This document shows, piece by piece, positions 46,189 to 55,065 of a DNA stretch of 64,000 bases. The notes under the pieces are model-generated. The model was not told where the DNA came from. It saw only the letters and a program-made list of their open reading frames with translations, and made no database searches. This DNA comes from an uncultured bacterium. GTDB lineage: Bacteria > Desulfobacterota_D > UBA1144 > Nemesobacterales > UBA2774. The translations under genes were made by a program, and so were the position numbers. The DNA lies in NCBI GenBank assembly GCA_963825135.1, contig CAWGRW010000009.1, positions 288,001 to 352,000 on the forward strand, given 5' to 3'. The stretch's first letter is position 1. The number at the start of each line of letters is the position of its first letter.

Positions 46189-46461
46189 AAAAAAGAGGCA
46201 CGCAAAAAGAAAAAACGCGTGCTTGAAGAAGCTCACGCTACTTCGTCTCTCCGATCGACGCAGCTCTTAAGAGAGAGACACCAACCGCTCTCCGGGCTTT
46301 GAACCGCAGGATAGCTTTAAGGAGGCGGCCCCGGCAGCCGTCAGAAGCATGCCCTCGAAGAAACTATTGAGCTTAAAGAGATGAGTGGTTACAATAATCG
46401 AGCTAACTCGAAGAGCCGACGTGAACGCTTTATCGTTCGGGACCGTATATGATGGAATTAA

Positions 46462-48198
46462 ATGGATCTACAAGAAAAACCTCGCTCAACTTCGGCTAGA
46501 AGCCGCTTACATTCCTTTTACTCAAATGAGCACGCGTTTTTTATTCTCGTAGGAATCATTATTGGAATTCTTGCCGGGGTCGCGAACTTCGCTTATGTGG
46601 AATCTTACAGGTTCCTGTATTCCAAGGCCGTTCTACCCTACTGGGGTTCCCCTTTCGTCATAATGCCGCTTCTCTGCGGGGGACTTATCTTGCTTATTCT
46701 TTCTTATATCTTCCCCAATCAGGTTCTGGGATACGGCTTTCCGAAGTTTCTGGAACGAATAAATTTGATGGGCGGCATACTAAAACCTAAAGAAACGATC
46801 GCAAAAGCGCTCGGCTCCTGCGTAACGCTCGGGTTCGGGGGATCGGCAGGACAGGAAGGACCGATCGCACAATTATGCGGAGCAATCGGCAGCTTCATGG
46901 GACAGATCTTTAAAATATCGAGGGGAAAAATACCCGTGTTTGTGGCCTGCGGAATAGCAGCAGGCATCGCGGCGACTTTTAACGCCCCGATTGCCGGCGT
47001 TCTTTTTGCCGAGGAGGTCGCGCTTCTCAAGGATTTCAGGGTCGGGAGCTTCCTCCCCATAGTTATTTCAGCGGCTGTCGGAACGGTTGTATCCCGTTCT
47101 TTGAGAGGAAACGAGCCTATATTCGTAGTGCCGCCTTATCAATTCGTTAGCGTCAAGGAACTTTTTTTCTATGCGCTGTTCGGCATTGTTCTCGGATTTT
47201 TCTCAGCCGGATTTATCAAACTCTTTTTCCTGGTTAGGGACGCTTTCTCTAAATTAAAGCGCCCTTCCCGGCTGCATCCCGTTCTTGGAGGGTTTATAGT
47301 TGGCGTTATCGGAATATTCTTCCCCTATATATTGGGGAACGGCTACGATCAGGTTGACAAGGTTCTGCAAAATCAGCTTCCGCTCTTAGTTGTTGTCGGA
47401 TTGATTTTTCTAAAGCCCGTCGCAACCTCTATAACCATCGGCTCCGGATGGCCCGGAGGCATGTTTGCTCCGTCTATTTTTATCGGCGCCGCGATGGGAA
47501 GCGTATTCGGAAAACTCGTCGGCACGCTCTTGTCGAGTCCCGTAGCGCTAAGCGGAGCTTACGCTACGGTCGGGATGGGCACTTTTCTCGCGGCGGTTAC
47601 CCAGGCTCCCCTCACATCCATATTCCTGATATTTGAAATGACGCAAAGCTATCAGGTCGTAATCCCGATTATGATAAGCTCGGTTCTTGGAAGCCTGACG
47701 GCACAGCTTCTTATTGGAGGCTCGCTCGAGAGTCTTGAGCTGAACAAGGCGGGAGTGCACATCGAGGAAGAGGTCGGCGGGCGAATCATACATTTAATTC
47801 AGGCTAAAGACATAATGAAACGCGACATCGAGACGATCCCCGAGGGGATGACCCTCCGTGAGCTGATTGAATATATTCCCCAAAGCAGCTACACGACGTT
47901 TCCTGTCGTGGACATAGCGGGCAATCTTGTGGGCATAATATCCATACAGGATTTTAGAAAGTGGATATTCGAGGAATCGATTAAGGATTTGGTTGTAGTA
48001 AAAGAGCTGGCCACCTTGAACGTGGTGACGGTAAACCCGGACGACACGCTCTATACCATTTTGAAGAAATGGGAGAAGAAACCGGTAGAAATCCTGCCGG
48101 TAATTGAATCGAAAAATTCAAAAAAGATCGTGGGAACGCTTTCAAGAAAAGACGTGATTGCAGCTTATAACGAAGCACTTTCCAATAAAACCATATGA
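46462..48198 (+). CDS. ClC-family anion channel/transporter with two CBS domains
   Basis: GQEGP, FNAPIAG, GGMFAP and a C-terminal CBS pair. Confidence 0.92.
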   Translation: MDLQEKPRSTSARSRLHSFYSNEHAFFILVGIIIGILAGVANFAYVESYRFLYSKAVLPYWGSPFVIMPLLCGGLILLILSYIFPNQVLGYGFPKFLERINLMGGILKPKETIAKALGSCVTLGFGGSAGQEGPIAQLCGAIGSFMGQIFKISRGKIPVFVACGIAAGIAATFNAPIAGVLFAEEVALLKDFRVGSFLPIVISAAVGTVVSRSLRGNEPIFVVPPYQFVSVKELFFYALFGIVLGFFSAGFIKLFFLVRDAFSKLKRPSRLHPVLGGFIVGVIGIFFPYILGNGYDQVDKVLQNQLPLLVVVGLIFLKPVATSITIGSGWPGGMFAPSIFIGAAMGSVFGKLVGTLLSSPVALSGAYATVGMGTFLAAVTQAPLTSIFLIFEMTQSYQVVIPIMISSVLGSLTAQLLIGGSLESLELNKAGVHIEEEVGGRIIHLIQAKDIMKRDIETIPEGMTLRELIEYIPQSSYTTFPVVDIAGNLVGIISIQDFRKWIFEESIKDLVVVKELATLNVVTVNPDDTLYTILKKWEKKPVEILPVIESKNSKKIVGTLSRKDVIAAYNEALSNKTI

Positions 48199-48307
48199 CG
48201 TCCGCTCGATCCTCCGATGAGTCGTAGACAGGCGCATTGCAAAGGGACGAACGGGTAGTTTCCGCCTCGTTGTTGGCAAGGGCAGCGGCGGAATGCAGTG
48301 ACCCGCC

Positions 48308-49861
48308 TCACGCCTTATGCTTCGCGAACTCCTGCTCGAACCTGCTCTGGAGCTCCTTCGCCTTCACGTCGTACGCGGCCGGGTCTGCCCAGGTCTTCTT
48401 AGGTTCAAGCAGCTTGTCGTCCACCCCTGTACAGGACGCGGGGACCTTGAGACCGAACACGGGCACTTCCTTAAACGACCCCTTGTCGAGCTCTCCGCTC
48501 ACCGCCGCTGTAACGAGCGCCCTCGTCTGGGGAAGGGGCATCCTCTTTCCGACCCCGTACGGCCCCCCGGTTATCCCCGTGTTGAGGAGCCACACCGAAG
48601 CCCCGCTCTCTTCCAATTTCTTTTTCAGCATCTCCGCGTAATACAGCGGCGGCCTCGGCAAAAACGGCGCGCCGAAGCAGGAGCTGAACGTCGCCTGGGG
48701 CTCCGTCACTCCCCTCTCCGTCCCGGCCACCTTGGCCGTGTAGCCGAGGGTGAAGAAATACTGAGCCTGCTCCGGGGTGAGCCTCGATATCGGGGGCAGC
48801 ACCCCGAACGCGTCGTAGGTGAGCATGAATATGGTCTTCGGTATCCCGCCCGCGCCCGCGGGCACGATATTTTTAAGCGAATCTATCTGGTAAGCGCTCC
48901 TCGTATTCTCCGTGAACTTCTCGCTGTCGAAATCAACACCGCGTGTGTCGGTTTCTATCTCCACGTTCTCTAGCACCGTTCCGAATTTGAGAGAGGCTTC
49001 GTATATCTCGGGCTCGGTCGCGGGGTTGAGCTTTATCACCTTGGCGTAGCACCCGCCCTCGAAATTAAATACCCCCTGGTCGAACCATCCGTGCTCGTCG
49101 TCCCCTATGAGGGCGCGCACCGGGTCGGCCGAGAGCGTCGTCTTCCCCGTGCCCGAGAGGCCGAAGAAGAGCGCTACGTCCCCGTCCCTGCCGACGTTGG
49201 CCGAGCAGTGCATCGGGAATACGCCTTCCCTCGGCAGTAGGAAATTGAGCACGGTGAATACGGATTTCTTCATCTCCCCCGCGTAACGCGTCCCGCCTAT
49301 TATTGCGACTCTCTTATCGAAGTTGAGCACGATGAACGTCCCTGACCTCGTGCCGTCCGACTCGGGGTCGGCCTCGACGCCCGGAGCCGATATAACGGTG
49401 AACTCGACCGACTTGTGGGGGAGGTCCCCCCGGTCGGGCCTGATAAAAAGGTTATTGACGAATATATTGTGCCACGCGTACTCGTTAATCACGCGGACCC
49501 TCATGCGGTACTCCGGGTGCGAGCAAACGTAGAGGTCCCTTACGAAGATGTCTTTCCCTTCCAGGTGTGCCGTGACCTTCCTGTAGAGCGAATCGAAATT
49601 GGCGGGGGATATGGGTTTGTTTACGGGACCCCAAAGTATGTCTTGCTCGGTCCCCGGCTCCTTTACAATGAACCTGTCCTGGGGCGAGCGCCCGGTATGC
49701 GGAGCAGTGTACGCGACGAGGGTCCCGCCCTGGGCGATCTCGCCTTCCCCCCTCCTGACAGCCTCTTCATAGAGTGCGGGTACAGGCACGTTATAGTAGA
49801 CTTTTCCGGGATTTTTAATCCCGTGCCGGTCGAGAAGCTCCTTTTCAGTGATCTGCTGCAC
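48308..49861 (-). CDS. pckA: Phosphoenolpyruvate carboxykinase (ATP)
   Basis: TGRSP, YAGEMKK, MHCSAN, GLSGTGKTTLS, LIGDDEHGW, ENTR. Confidence 0.97.
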   Translation of the reverse strand: MQQITEKELLDRHGIKNPGKVYYNVPVPALYEEAVRRGEGEIAQGGTLVAYTAPHTGRSPQDRFIVKEPGTEQDILWGPVNKPISPANFDSLYRKVTAHLEGKDIFVRDLYVCSHPEYRMRVRVINEYAWHNIFVNNLFIRPDRGDLPHKSVEFTVISAPGVEADPESDGTRSGTFIVLNFDKRVAIIGGTRYAGEMKKSVFTVLNFLLPREGVFPMHCSANVGRDGDVALFFGLSGTGKTTLSADPVRALIGDDEHGWFDQGVFNFEGGCYAKVIKLNPATEPEIYEASLKFGTVLENVEIETDTRGVDFDSEKFTENTRSAYQIDSLKNIVPAGAGGIPKTIFMLTYDAFGVLPPISRLTPEQAQYFFTLGYTAKVAGTERGVTEPQATFSSCFGAPFLPRPPLYYAEMLKKKLEESGASVWLLNTGITGGPYGVGKRMPLPQTRALVTAAVSGELDKGSFKEVPVFGLKVPASCTGVDDKLLEPKKTWADPAAYDVKAKELQSRFEQEFAKHKA

Positions 49862-50124
49862 CTGTTCACACCTCCGTCGAATTCGTACTCGATTGTCAGC
49901 GGAAAAGGTAAGAACTCTATATCAACAAGGCGCGGATTTCAAGGACGGGACGAGCGATATAGCGACTCCTCCGAATTAGCCGGGGGACAGTCTCCGCCGC
50001 CCCGGGCGGAGGGAGACTTTTGCCGTCTGAAACGCCCCGGCACAGGGGGCTGCCGAAGCAGGTTTTACGCCGCGAAAGTCCTCCCGAACCCAGTTTTTTC
50101 GGCCCCGAAGCGCCCCCCGTCCAT

Positions 50125-50153
50125 TTGACCGGAGGGTAAATTTATGATAGAGT
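50125..50153 (+). promoter_or_regulatory. Sigma70 promoter of carD
   Basis: TTGACC-N17-TAGAGT with extended TG. Confidence 0.65.
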
Positions 50154-50193
50154 TCATCCATCAGCGCCGCCTATCGCGCAAGGGGTCACTAAC

Positions 50194-50691
50194 ATAAATA
50201 CGTTTAAAGTTGGAACCAAGGCTGTTTACCCGGCTCACGGAGTTGTTCTGGTCAAGTCGGTGGAATCGAAGGAAATTTGCGGCACGATCAGAAATTTTTA
50301 CATCCTCCAGGTGGTTGACAGCGATGTCACCGTCATGGTCCCCACCGATAACGCCGACGTTGTGGGCTTGAGGCCCGTGATAACGAAAAGGCAAATTGAC
50401 CAGATATACGACATACTTAAGACCAAAATCAAGAACTCGAACCACCAGAACGGCGGCCAGAGCTGGAACAAAAGGTACCGCGAATACTCCGACAAGCTAA
50501 AGAGCGGCGACATCTTCGAAGTCGCGAACGTGCTCAGGGACATCAACCACCTCCAGAGGGGTAAAGACCTCTCGTTCGGCGAGAAGAGGATAATGGACTC
50601 CGCGCGCACGCTCCTCATCAAGGAAATATCGATAGCCAAGAACCTTACCGAAGAGTCGGTTATCAAAGAGATAGAAGGCCTGCTCGGCTGA
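50194..50691 (+). CDS. carD: CarD/CdnL transcription factor, probable ATA start
   Basis: In-frame FKVGTKAVYPAHGV lies upstream of the called GTG. Also VMVP, GLRPVI, WNKRYR, LSFGEKR. Confidence 0.92.
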   Translation: MNTFKVGTKAVYPAHGVVLVKSVESKEICGTIRNFYILQVVDSDVTVMVPTDNADVVGLRPVITKRQIDQIYDILKTKIKNSNHQNGGQSWNKRYREYSDKLKSGDIFEVANVLRDINHLQRGKDLSFGEKRIMDSARTLLIKEISIAKNLTEESVIKEIEGLLG

Positions 50692-50745
50692 AACTGGTGA
50701 ATCTTCACCGACCCTCGGTTATACTCTCCCGATTACCCCTAGATC

Positions 50746-51618
50746 ATGGCAAACGGCATACTCGACATAGAGACCGCTTCGCGTCTCAGGCGCTTTTATT
50801 TCAGGAGCCCGTCCCGGGTAAGGGGCCGCAAGGCCGGGATTCACAAGAGCCTCTGGAAAGGCATCAGCCCGGACTTCCTCGAATACAAGGAATACAACCG
50901 GGGGGACGAGCTGAGACAGGTGGACTGGCGCCTTTACGGCCGCCACGACAGGCTCTACGTCAAAAAATTCGAGGACGAGGTCAACCTCGCCTGGTGCATA
51001 CTCGTCGACAGCTCGTCTTCCATGGGCTACGGCGACGGGGACTCCTCCAAGCTGCGCTACGCACAGAGGCTCGCGGCCACGCTCGCGTACCTCCTGCTCA
51101 GACAAGGGGACTCAGTCGGGGCGGGCGCTTTCTCGGAGACGGAATTCAGCATGATCCCGCCAAAGGCCGGGAACTCCTGCATTGCGCCGATACTGGACAG
51201 GCTCGAATCCCTGACGGCGTCAGGCGGCACGGCGCTCTCGTCGCCCGTCCTCAGGGCGCTCGAAATATTCAGGCAGGACGCCTCGTTCGTAATAATCTCC
51301 GACCTCCTGACCGAAGAAAGCGAAATCGAGAAGACGCTCCAGCTCCTCAAAGCGGCCGGCAAGGAAGCCGTCGTATTCCACGTGCTCCACGAGGACGAGC
51401 TCGAATTCGGGTTCAGGGGCCCCCTCGAATTCATCGACATGGAATCGGAACAAAGGGTCGTTGTGGATACGGACGCGGTAAGGGACGGCTACAGGAAGAG
51501 GATAAGGGAGTTCACCGTGAGGCTCAAGCTCCTCTGCCACGAATACGAGTCGAGATACGTCCTCTCACCGACATCGAGACCCGTCGATGAAGCCCTTATC
51601 GAAATCGCTGATAAATAG
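50746..51618 (+). CDS. DUF58 domain protein (MoxR-associated, vWA-like)
   Basis: GIHKS, DFLEYKEYNRGDELRQVDWR, YVKKFE, DSSSSM, ISD. Confidence 0.9.
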   Translation: MANGILDIETASRLRRFYFRSPSRVRGRKAGIHKSLWKGISPDFLEYKEYNRGDELRQVDWRLYGRHDRLYVKKFEDEVNLAWCILVDSSSSMGYGDGDSSKLRYAQRLAATLAYLLLRQGDSVGAGAFSETEFSMIPPKAGNSCIAPILDRLESLTASGGTALSSPVLRALEIFRQDASFVIISDLLTEESEIEKTLQLLKAAGKEAVVFHVLHEDELEFGFRGPLEFIDMESEQRVVVDTDAVRDGYRKRIREFTVRLKLLCHEYESRYVLSPTSRPVDEALIEIADK

Positions 51619-51629
51619 AGAGAGAAGCA

Positions 51630-53585
51630 TTGAATTTTTCCTTCCTTAACCCGCTGTTCCTCATAGGATTCGCCGCAGTCGCGCTGCCCTTTATCGCACA
51701 CCTCATATCGAGGAAGAGCGGGGTCGTACAAAAATTCCCCGCCGTCAGGTTCCTGATCGCCTCACAAGGGGACGCGTCCGCGAGGTCGAGGCTTAAAGAC
51801 CTGCTGCTGCTAATGCTGAGGGCGCTCATAATCGTCCTCCTCGTGCTCGTATTCTCAAAGCCCGCGTTCTTCTCCTTCGCCCCCGCCGGAAGCTCGGGGC
51901 CCGGGGCGCTCGCCATAGTTATAGACAACTCGTTCAGCATGGGATACGGGGACAACTTCGAGCGCGCCCGCAAGAAGGCGTCCGGGCTGATAGACTCGCT
52001 CCCCGACGGGAGCTTCGGCATAACGGCCCCGCTCGTAGGCGGAGAAGGCGCGCGTCTCGCCCCCGCCGGCGATACGGCGGGCATGAGGGAGGCACTCGAC
52101 GGAATAAAGCTTTCTTACTCGTACGCCGACAATGAAAAGAGACTCGAAGAGGCTTACTCCGCCCTCGAAGGCGCTCCCGGACGCTCGAAAGAGGTCGTAT
52201 TCCTGACGGACCTCCAGAAGAACGGGTGGACCGGTCGTAAATTCGAGAAGGACTGGCTCAGGATTATAGACGTGTCCGGCGGCGCCGCACCCGCTAATCA
52301 TGCCGTGACGGATACGGCCTCCGGGTACAGCGGGGATCTGGCGACGCTCGGAATGACCGTGTCCAATTTCTCGGAGAAAGAGGAAAAAGGGCTGCTCGCC
52401 TCGATAAACGCCGGGGGAGAGGACCTGAGCGCGTTCATAGACGTCCCGCCCGGCGGGAGCGTGCGGAAGGAATTCACGGTACCCGGGGACTTTCTTTCCG
52501 CCGACAGGAAGAAAGAGGGCACAGCCCGGATACCGCGCGACAATCTCCCGGTCGACGACACCAGATACTTCGTCCTCTCGGGCAGGGAGGGATTTAACGT
52601 GCTCATAGTCGACGGCGACGCGAGGGAAGAGGCGAGACTCTCGGAGACCTACTACCTCGCGAGCGCGGCCGAGACGGTGTCCGAGATCTCAGGAGCGCGC
52701 GTCACGGTCAAAGACAACGACAGCTTCCTCGAGGAAAAACTCTCGGGCTACGACCTCGTATTCCTCGCGAACGTCGGGGACATATCGGAGGAGAGCGCGA
52801 AGGAGCTCGGGGAGTTCGTCTCCCGCGGAGGAACTGCCGTTATATTCCTCGGCGACCGCGTAAGGTCGACCTCCTACAACGCGCTCCTCGGGAGCGTCAT
52901 GCCGGGCGAGCTCGTCACCGAGGAGGAGAGAGAGACGAAAATCGTGCCCGGGGCCGTGTCCGTTTACCCGAAGGACGTCGCCGACAGGCTCGGCCAGGTC
53001 GAGGTCAGGCGGTATTTCAAAACGGTCCCGCACCCTGAATCCGAAGTCATGCTCGGGCTCGAAGGCGGCGATCCGTTCCTTCTCAGGAACGCGCTCGGCA
53101 GAGGGAGCGTGTTCCTCGTGACCTCGACCGCCGACACGGGCTGGAGCAGCTTCGCCATTTCCACCGTGTTTCTCCCCGTCGTGAAATGGTTCCTCGACGT
53201 GCCTGGCTCGTCGAACGAGAAGCGGAGGAACTATACGGTCGGGGACGGCGTCCCGCTCGATATATCTCCGGGCTCGGACTCGGTCGAAGTGATAAGCCCG
53301 TCCGGAAAAAAATACGTCCGCGGCATGACAGCCCCGGTATTCGAAGAGACGGGCGAACCCGGCATATACACGGTGAGGGAGTCCGGGAAGGATTCGTATA
53401 AGTTCGCCGTAAACGTAAACCCCTCGGAATCCGATCTCCGCAAGATCGAGATTCCGCAGGACGAGCCCGCCGCCGCCGGCGATCAGGGCCTCGTAAAGAT
53501 ATACAGGGAGATATGGAGGTACTTCCTCTGGGGCGCGGTGCTGCTTTTCATATCCGAAGCCGCCGCAAGGGCGGCGTTCTCGTAA
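51630..53585 (+). CDS. BatA N-terminal + vWA domain membrane protein
   Basis: FLNPLFL...PFIAHL...LLLMLR, MIDAS DNSFSM, LTDLQ and a C-terminal TM segment. Confidence 0.85.
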   Translation: MNFSFLNPLFLIGFAAVALPFIAHLISRKSGVVQKFPAVRFLIASQGDASARSRLKDLLLLMLRALIIVLLVLVFSKPAFFSFAPAGSSGPGALAIVIDNSFSMGYGDNFERARKKASGLIDSLPDGSFGITAPLVGGEGARLAPAGDTAGMREALDGIKLSYSYADNEKRLEEAYSALEGAPGRSKEVVFLTDLQKNGWTGRKFEKDWLRIIDVSGGAAPANHAVTDTASGYSGDLATLGMTVSNFSEKEEKGLLASINAGGEDLSAFIDVPPGGSVRKEFTVPGDFLSADRKKEGTARIPRDNLPVDDTRYFVLSGREGFNVLIVDGDAREEARLSETYYLASAAETVSEISGARVTVKDNDSFLEEKLSGYDLVFLANVGDISEESAKELGEFVSRGGTAVIFLGDRVRSTSYNALLGSVMPGELVTEEERETKIVPGAVSVYPKDVADRLGQVEVRRYFKTVPHPESEVMLGLEGGDPFLLRNALGRGSVFLVTSTADTGWSSFAISTVFLPVVKWFLDVPGSSNEKRRNYTVGDGVPLDISPGSDSVEVISPSGKKYVRGMTAPVFEETGEPGIYTVRESGKDSYKFAVNVNPSESDLRKIEIPQDEPAAAGDQGLVKIYREIWRYFLWGAVLLFISEAAARAAFS

Positions 53586-53606
53586 CGCCCGGAAGCCCGC
53601 GCGTTT

Positions 53607-55022
53607 TCAGCTCAGATCGACGCCGTCCGCTCCGTCAGGCACGGGCTTTCCCATGAGGCTCAGTATCGTGGGGTAGATATCCACCGTCCGGAGGTGCTCC
53701 TTCTTTATATCCGCGCTCATCGCAATCGGTACGAGCATGTGCTCTTTAAAGAGCGCTCCGTGTGAAGAGCGGTGCTCGGGGTTCTCATGCTTCGCCCGGA
53801 GGTCATAGCCGGGGCTCGCGCTCAGCACGAGGTCTCCGGTACGGCGGGCCTCGAACAGCTGAACGATCTGAGTGATGGCGTCCGGGTAGTTCGTATTGAA
53901 GCTGAGATCGAGCGCCTCGCCCGAGCTCATCCTTCCGGGTATGCCGTTATATCCGAACGGGTCGCCGCCGAGCCTCTCGTAATTTATGAACCCGTCCGGG
54001 TCGATCCACGCCGCGGCCTCTCCCCTCACGCTCTTTATCCTCGCCCTCCCGCCCTCGTCGAGACCCGCGACGATATCCACCTCGGGCCTCTCGAGGAAGC
54101 TCTCCGCGAGGCCGTACAGCTCCTCGAAGGTCGATTTCCTTCCCCAGCCGTCCGGACTCTTCACGTATATGTTCGCCATGGCGTTCCCGGATACGAGGCT
54201 CGCAGCGTCCGCGTCCCTGAAATGCCTGAACACGTTCGGATAGTAGAACGTCTTGTAGCCGCGACGGTTCATGAACTCCAGGGAATCGAAGTGCGAATGC
54301 GTCTGCGTAAGCCCGTGGTCGCTCCCTATTACGATCAGCGTCTCGTCGAGCCTCCCTTCGGATTCGAGCCTCTCCGCGACGAGTCCTACGGTCTCGTCTA
54401 TCCTCGTGTAGGAATCGAGGACCTTCCTGTGAAACGGGTGGTTTATGTGGGAGTAGGTGTCGATTCCCAGAAAGACTACGAATATGAAATCGTGCATGCC
54501 GCCGAGCTCGCTGAGCAGTATGCGCCTCGCCACCATGTCGACCTCGTCGCTCTTGTCCGTGAAATGCCCTTTCACCTTGTAATAGAGCTTCGAGAATCTC
54601 GTCTTGTCGTATTTCAAGCTCACTCCGCGCGAAAGCTCGTTCAGTATGTTCCCGCTCCTGGGGAATATCTCGAACAGGCTCTTGTTGTCGGCCGAAACGT
54701 CGCTGTTCATGAAATAGGTCTCGAGCCCGATGTAGCTCCTGAAACGCCTGAATGAAAAGAGCCTCCGCCTCTCGGGGTATATGTACCTGTCGAGCCACCT
54801 GATTCCGGGGAAATTACACCTGCCCGGATACTTGCCAAGAATATAGGGCGTGTACGCGGGCCCCGTGGTAGAGGGGAAAACGGACGACGCTATCCTGAAA
54901 GAGCCCCTTTCCACCACGTATCTCGAAATGTTAGGCAGGTCCCCTCTCGCCAGCAGGTCCGAAAACAGGTCCGCTCTCGCTCCGTCCGCCATTATGAAAA
55001 TACAGCTCTTGAACCTGCTCAT
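53607..55022 (-). CDS. Alkaline-phosphatase superfamily (nucleotide pyrophosphatase/phosphodiesterase)
   Basis: DGAR, FPSTT, DTYSH, SDHG, SHG. Confidence 0.88.
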   Translation of the reverse strand: MSRFKSCIFIMADGARADLFSDLLARGDLPNISRYVVERGSFRIASSVFPSTTGPAYTPYILGKYPGRCNFPGIRWLDRYIYPERRRLFSFRRFRSYIGLETYFMNSDVSADNKSLFEIFPRSGNILNELSRGVSLKYDKTRFSKLYYKVKGHFTDKSDEVDMVARRILLSELGGMHDFIFVVFLGIDTYSHINHPFHRKVLDSYTRIDETVGLVAERLESEGRLDETLIVIGSDHGLTQTHSHFDSLEFMNRRGYKTFYYPNVFRHFRDADAASLVSGNAMANIYVKSPDGWGRKSTFEELYGLAESFLERPEVDIVAGLDEGGRARIKSVRGEAAAWIDPDGFINYERLGGDPFGYNGIPGRMSSGEALDLSFNTNYPDAITQIVQLFEARRTGDLVLSASPGYDLRAKHENPEHRSSHGALFKEHMLVPIAMSADIKKEHLRTVDIYPTILSLMGKPVPDGADGVDLS

Positions 55023-55065
55023 ATTTGTGAGTCCTTTTTCCGGGCGTTTTTAGATTGCGTCATGC

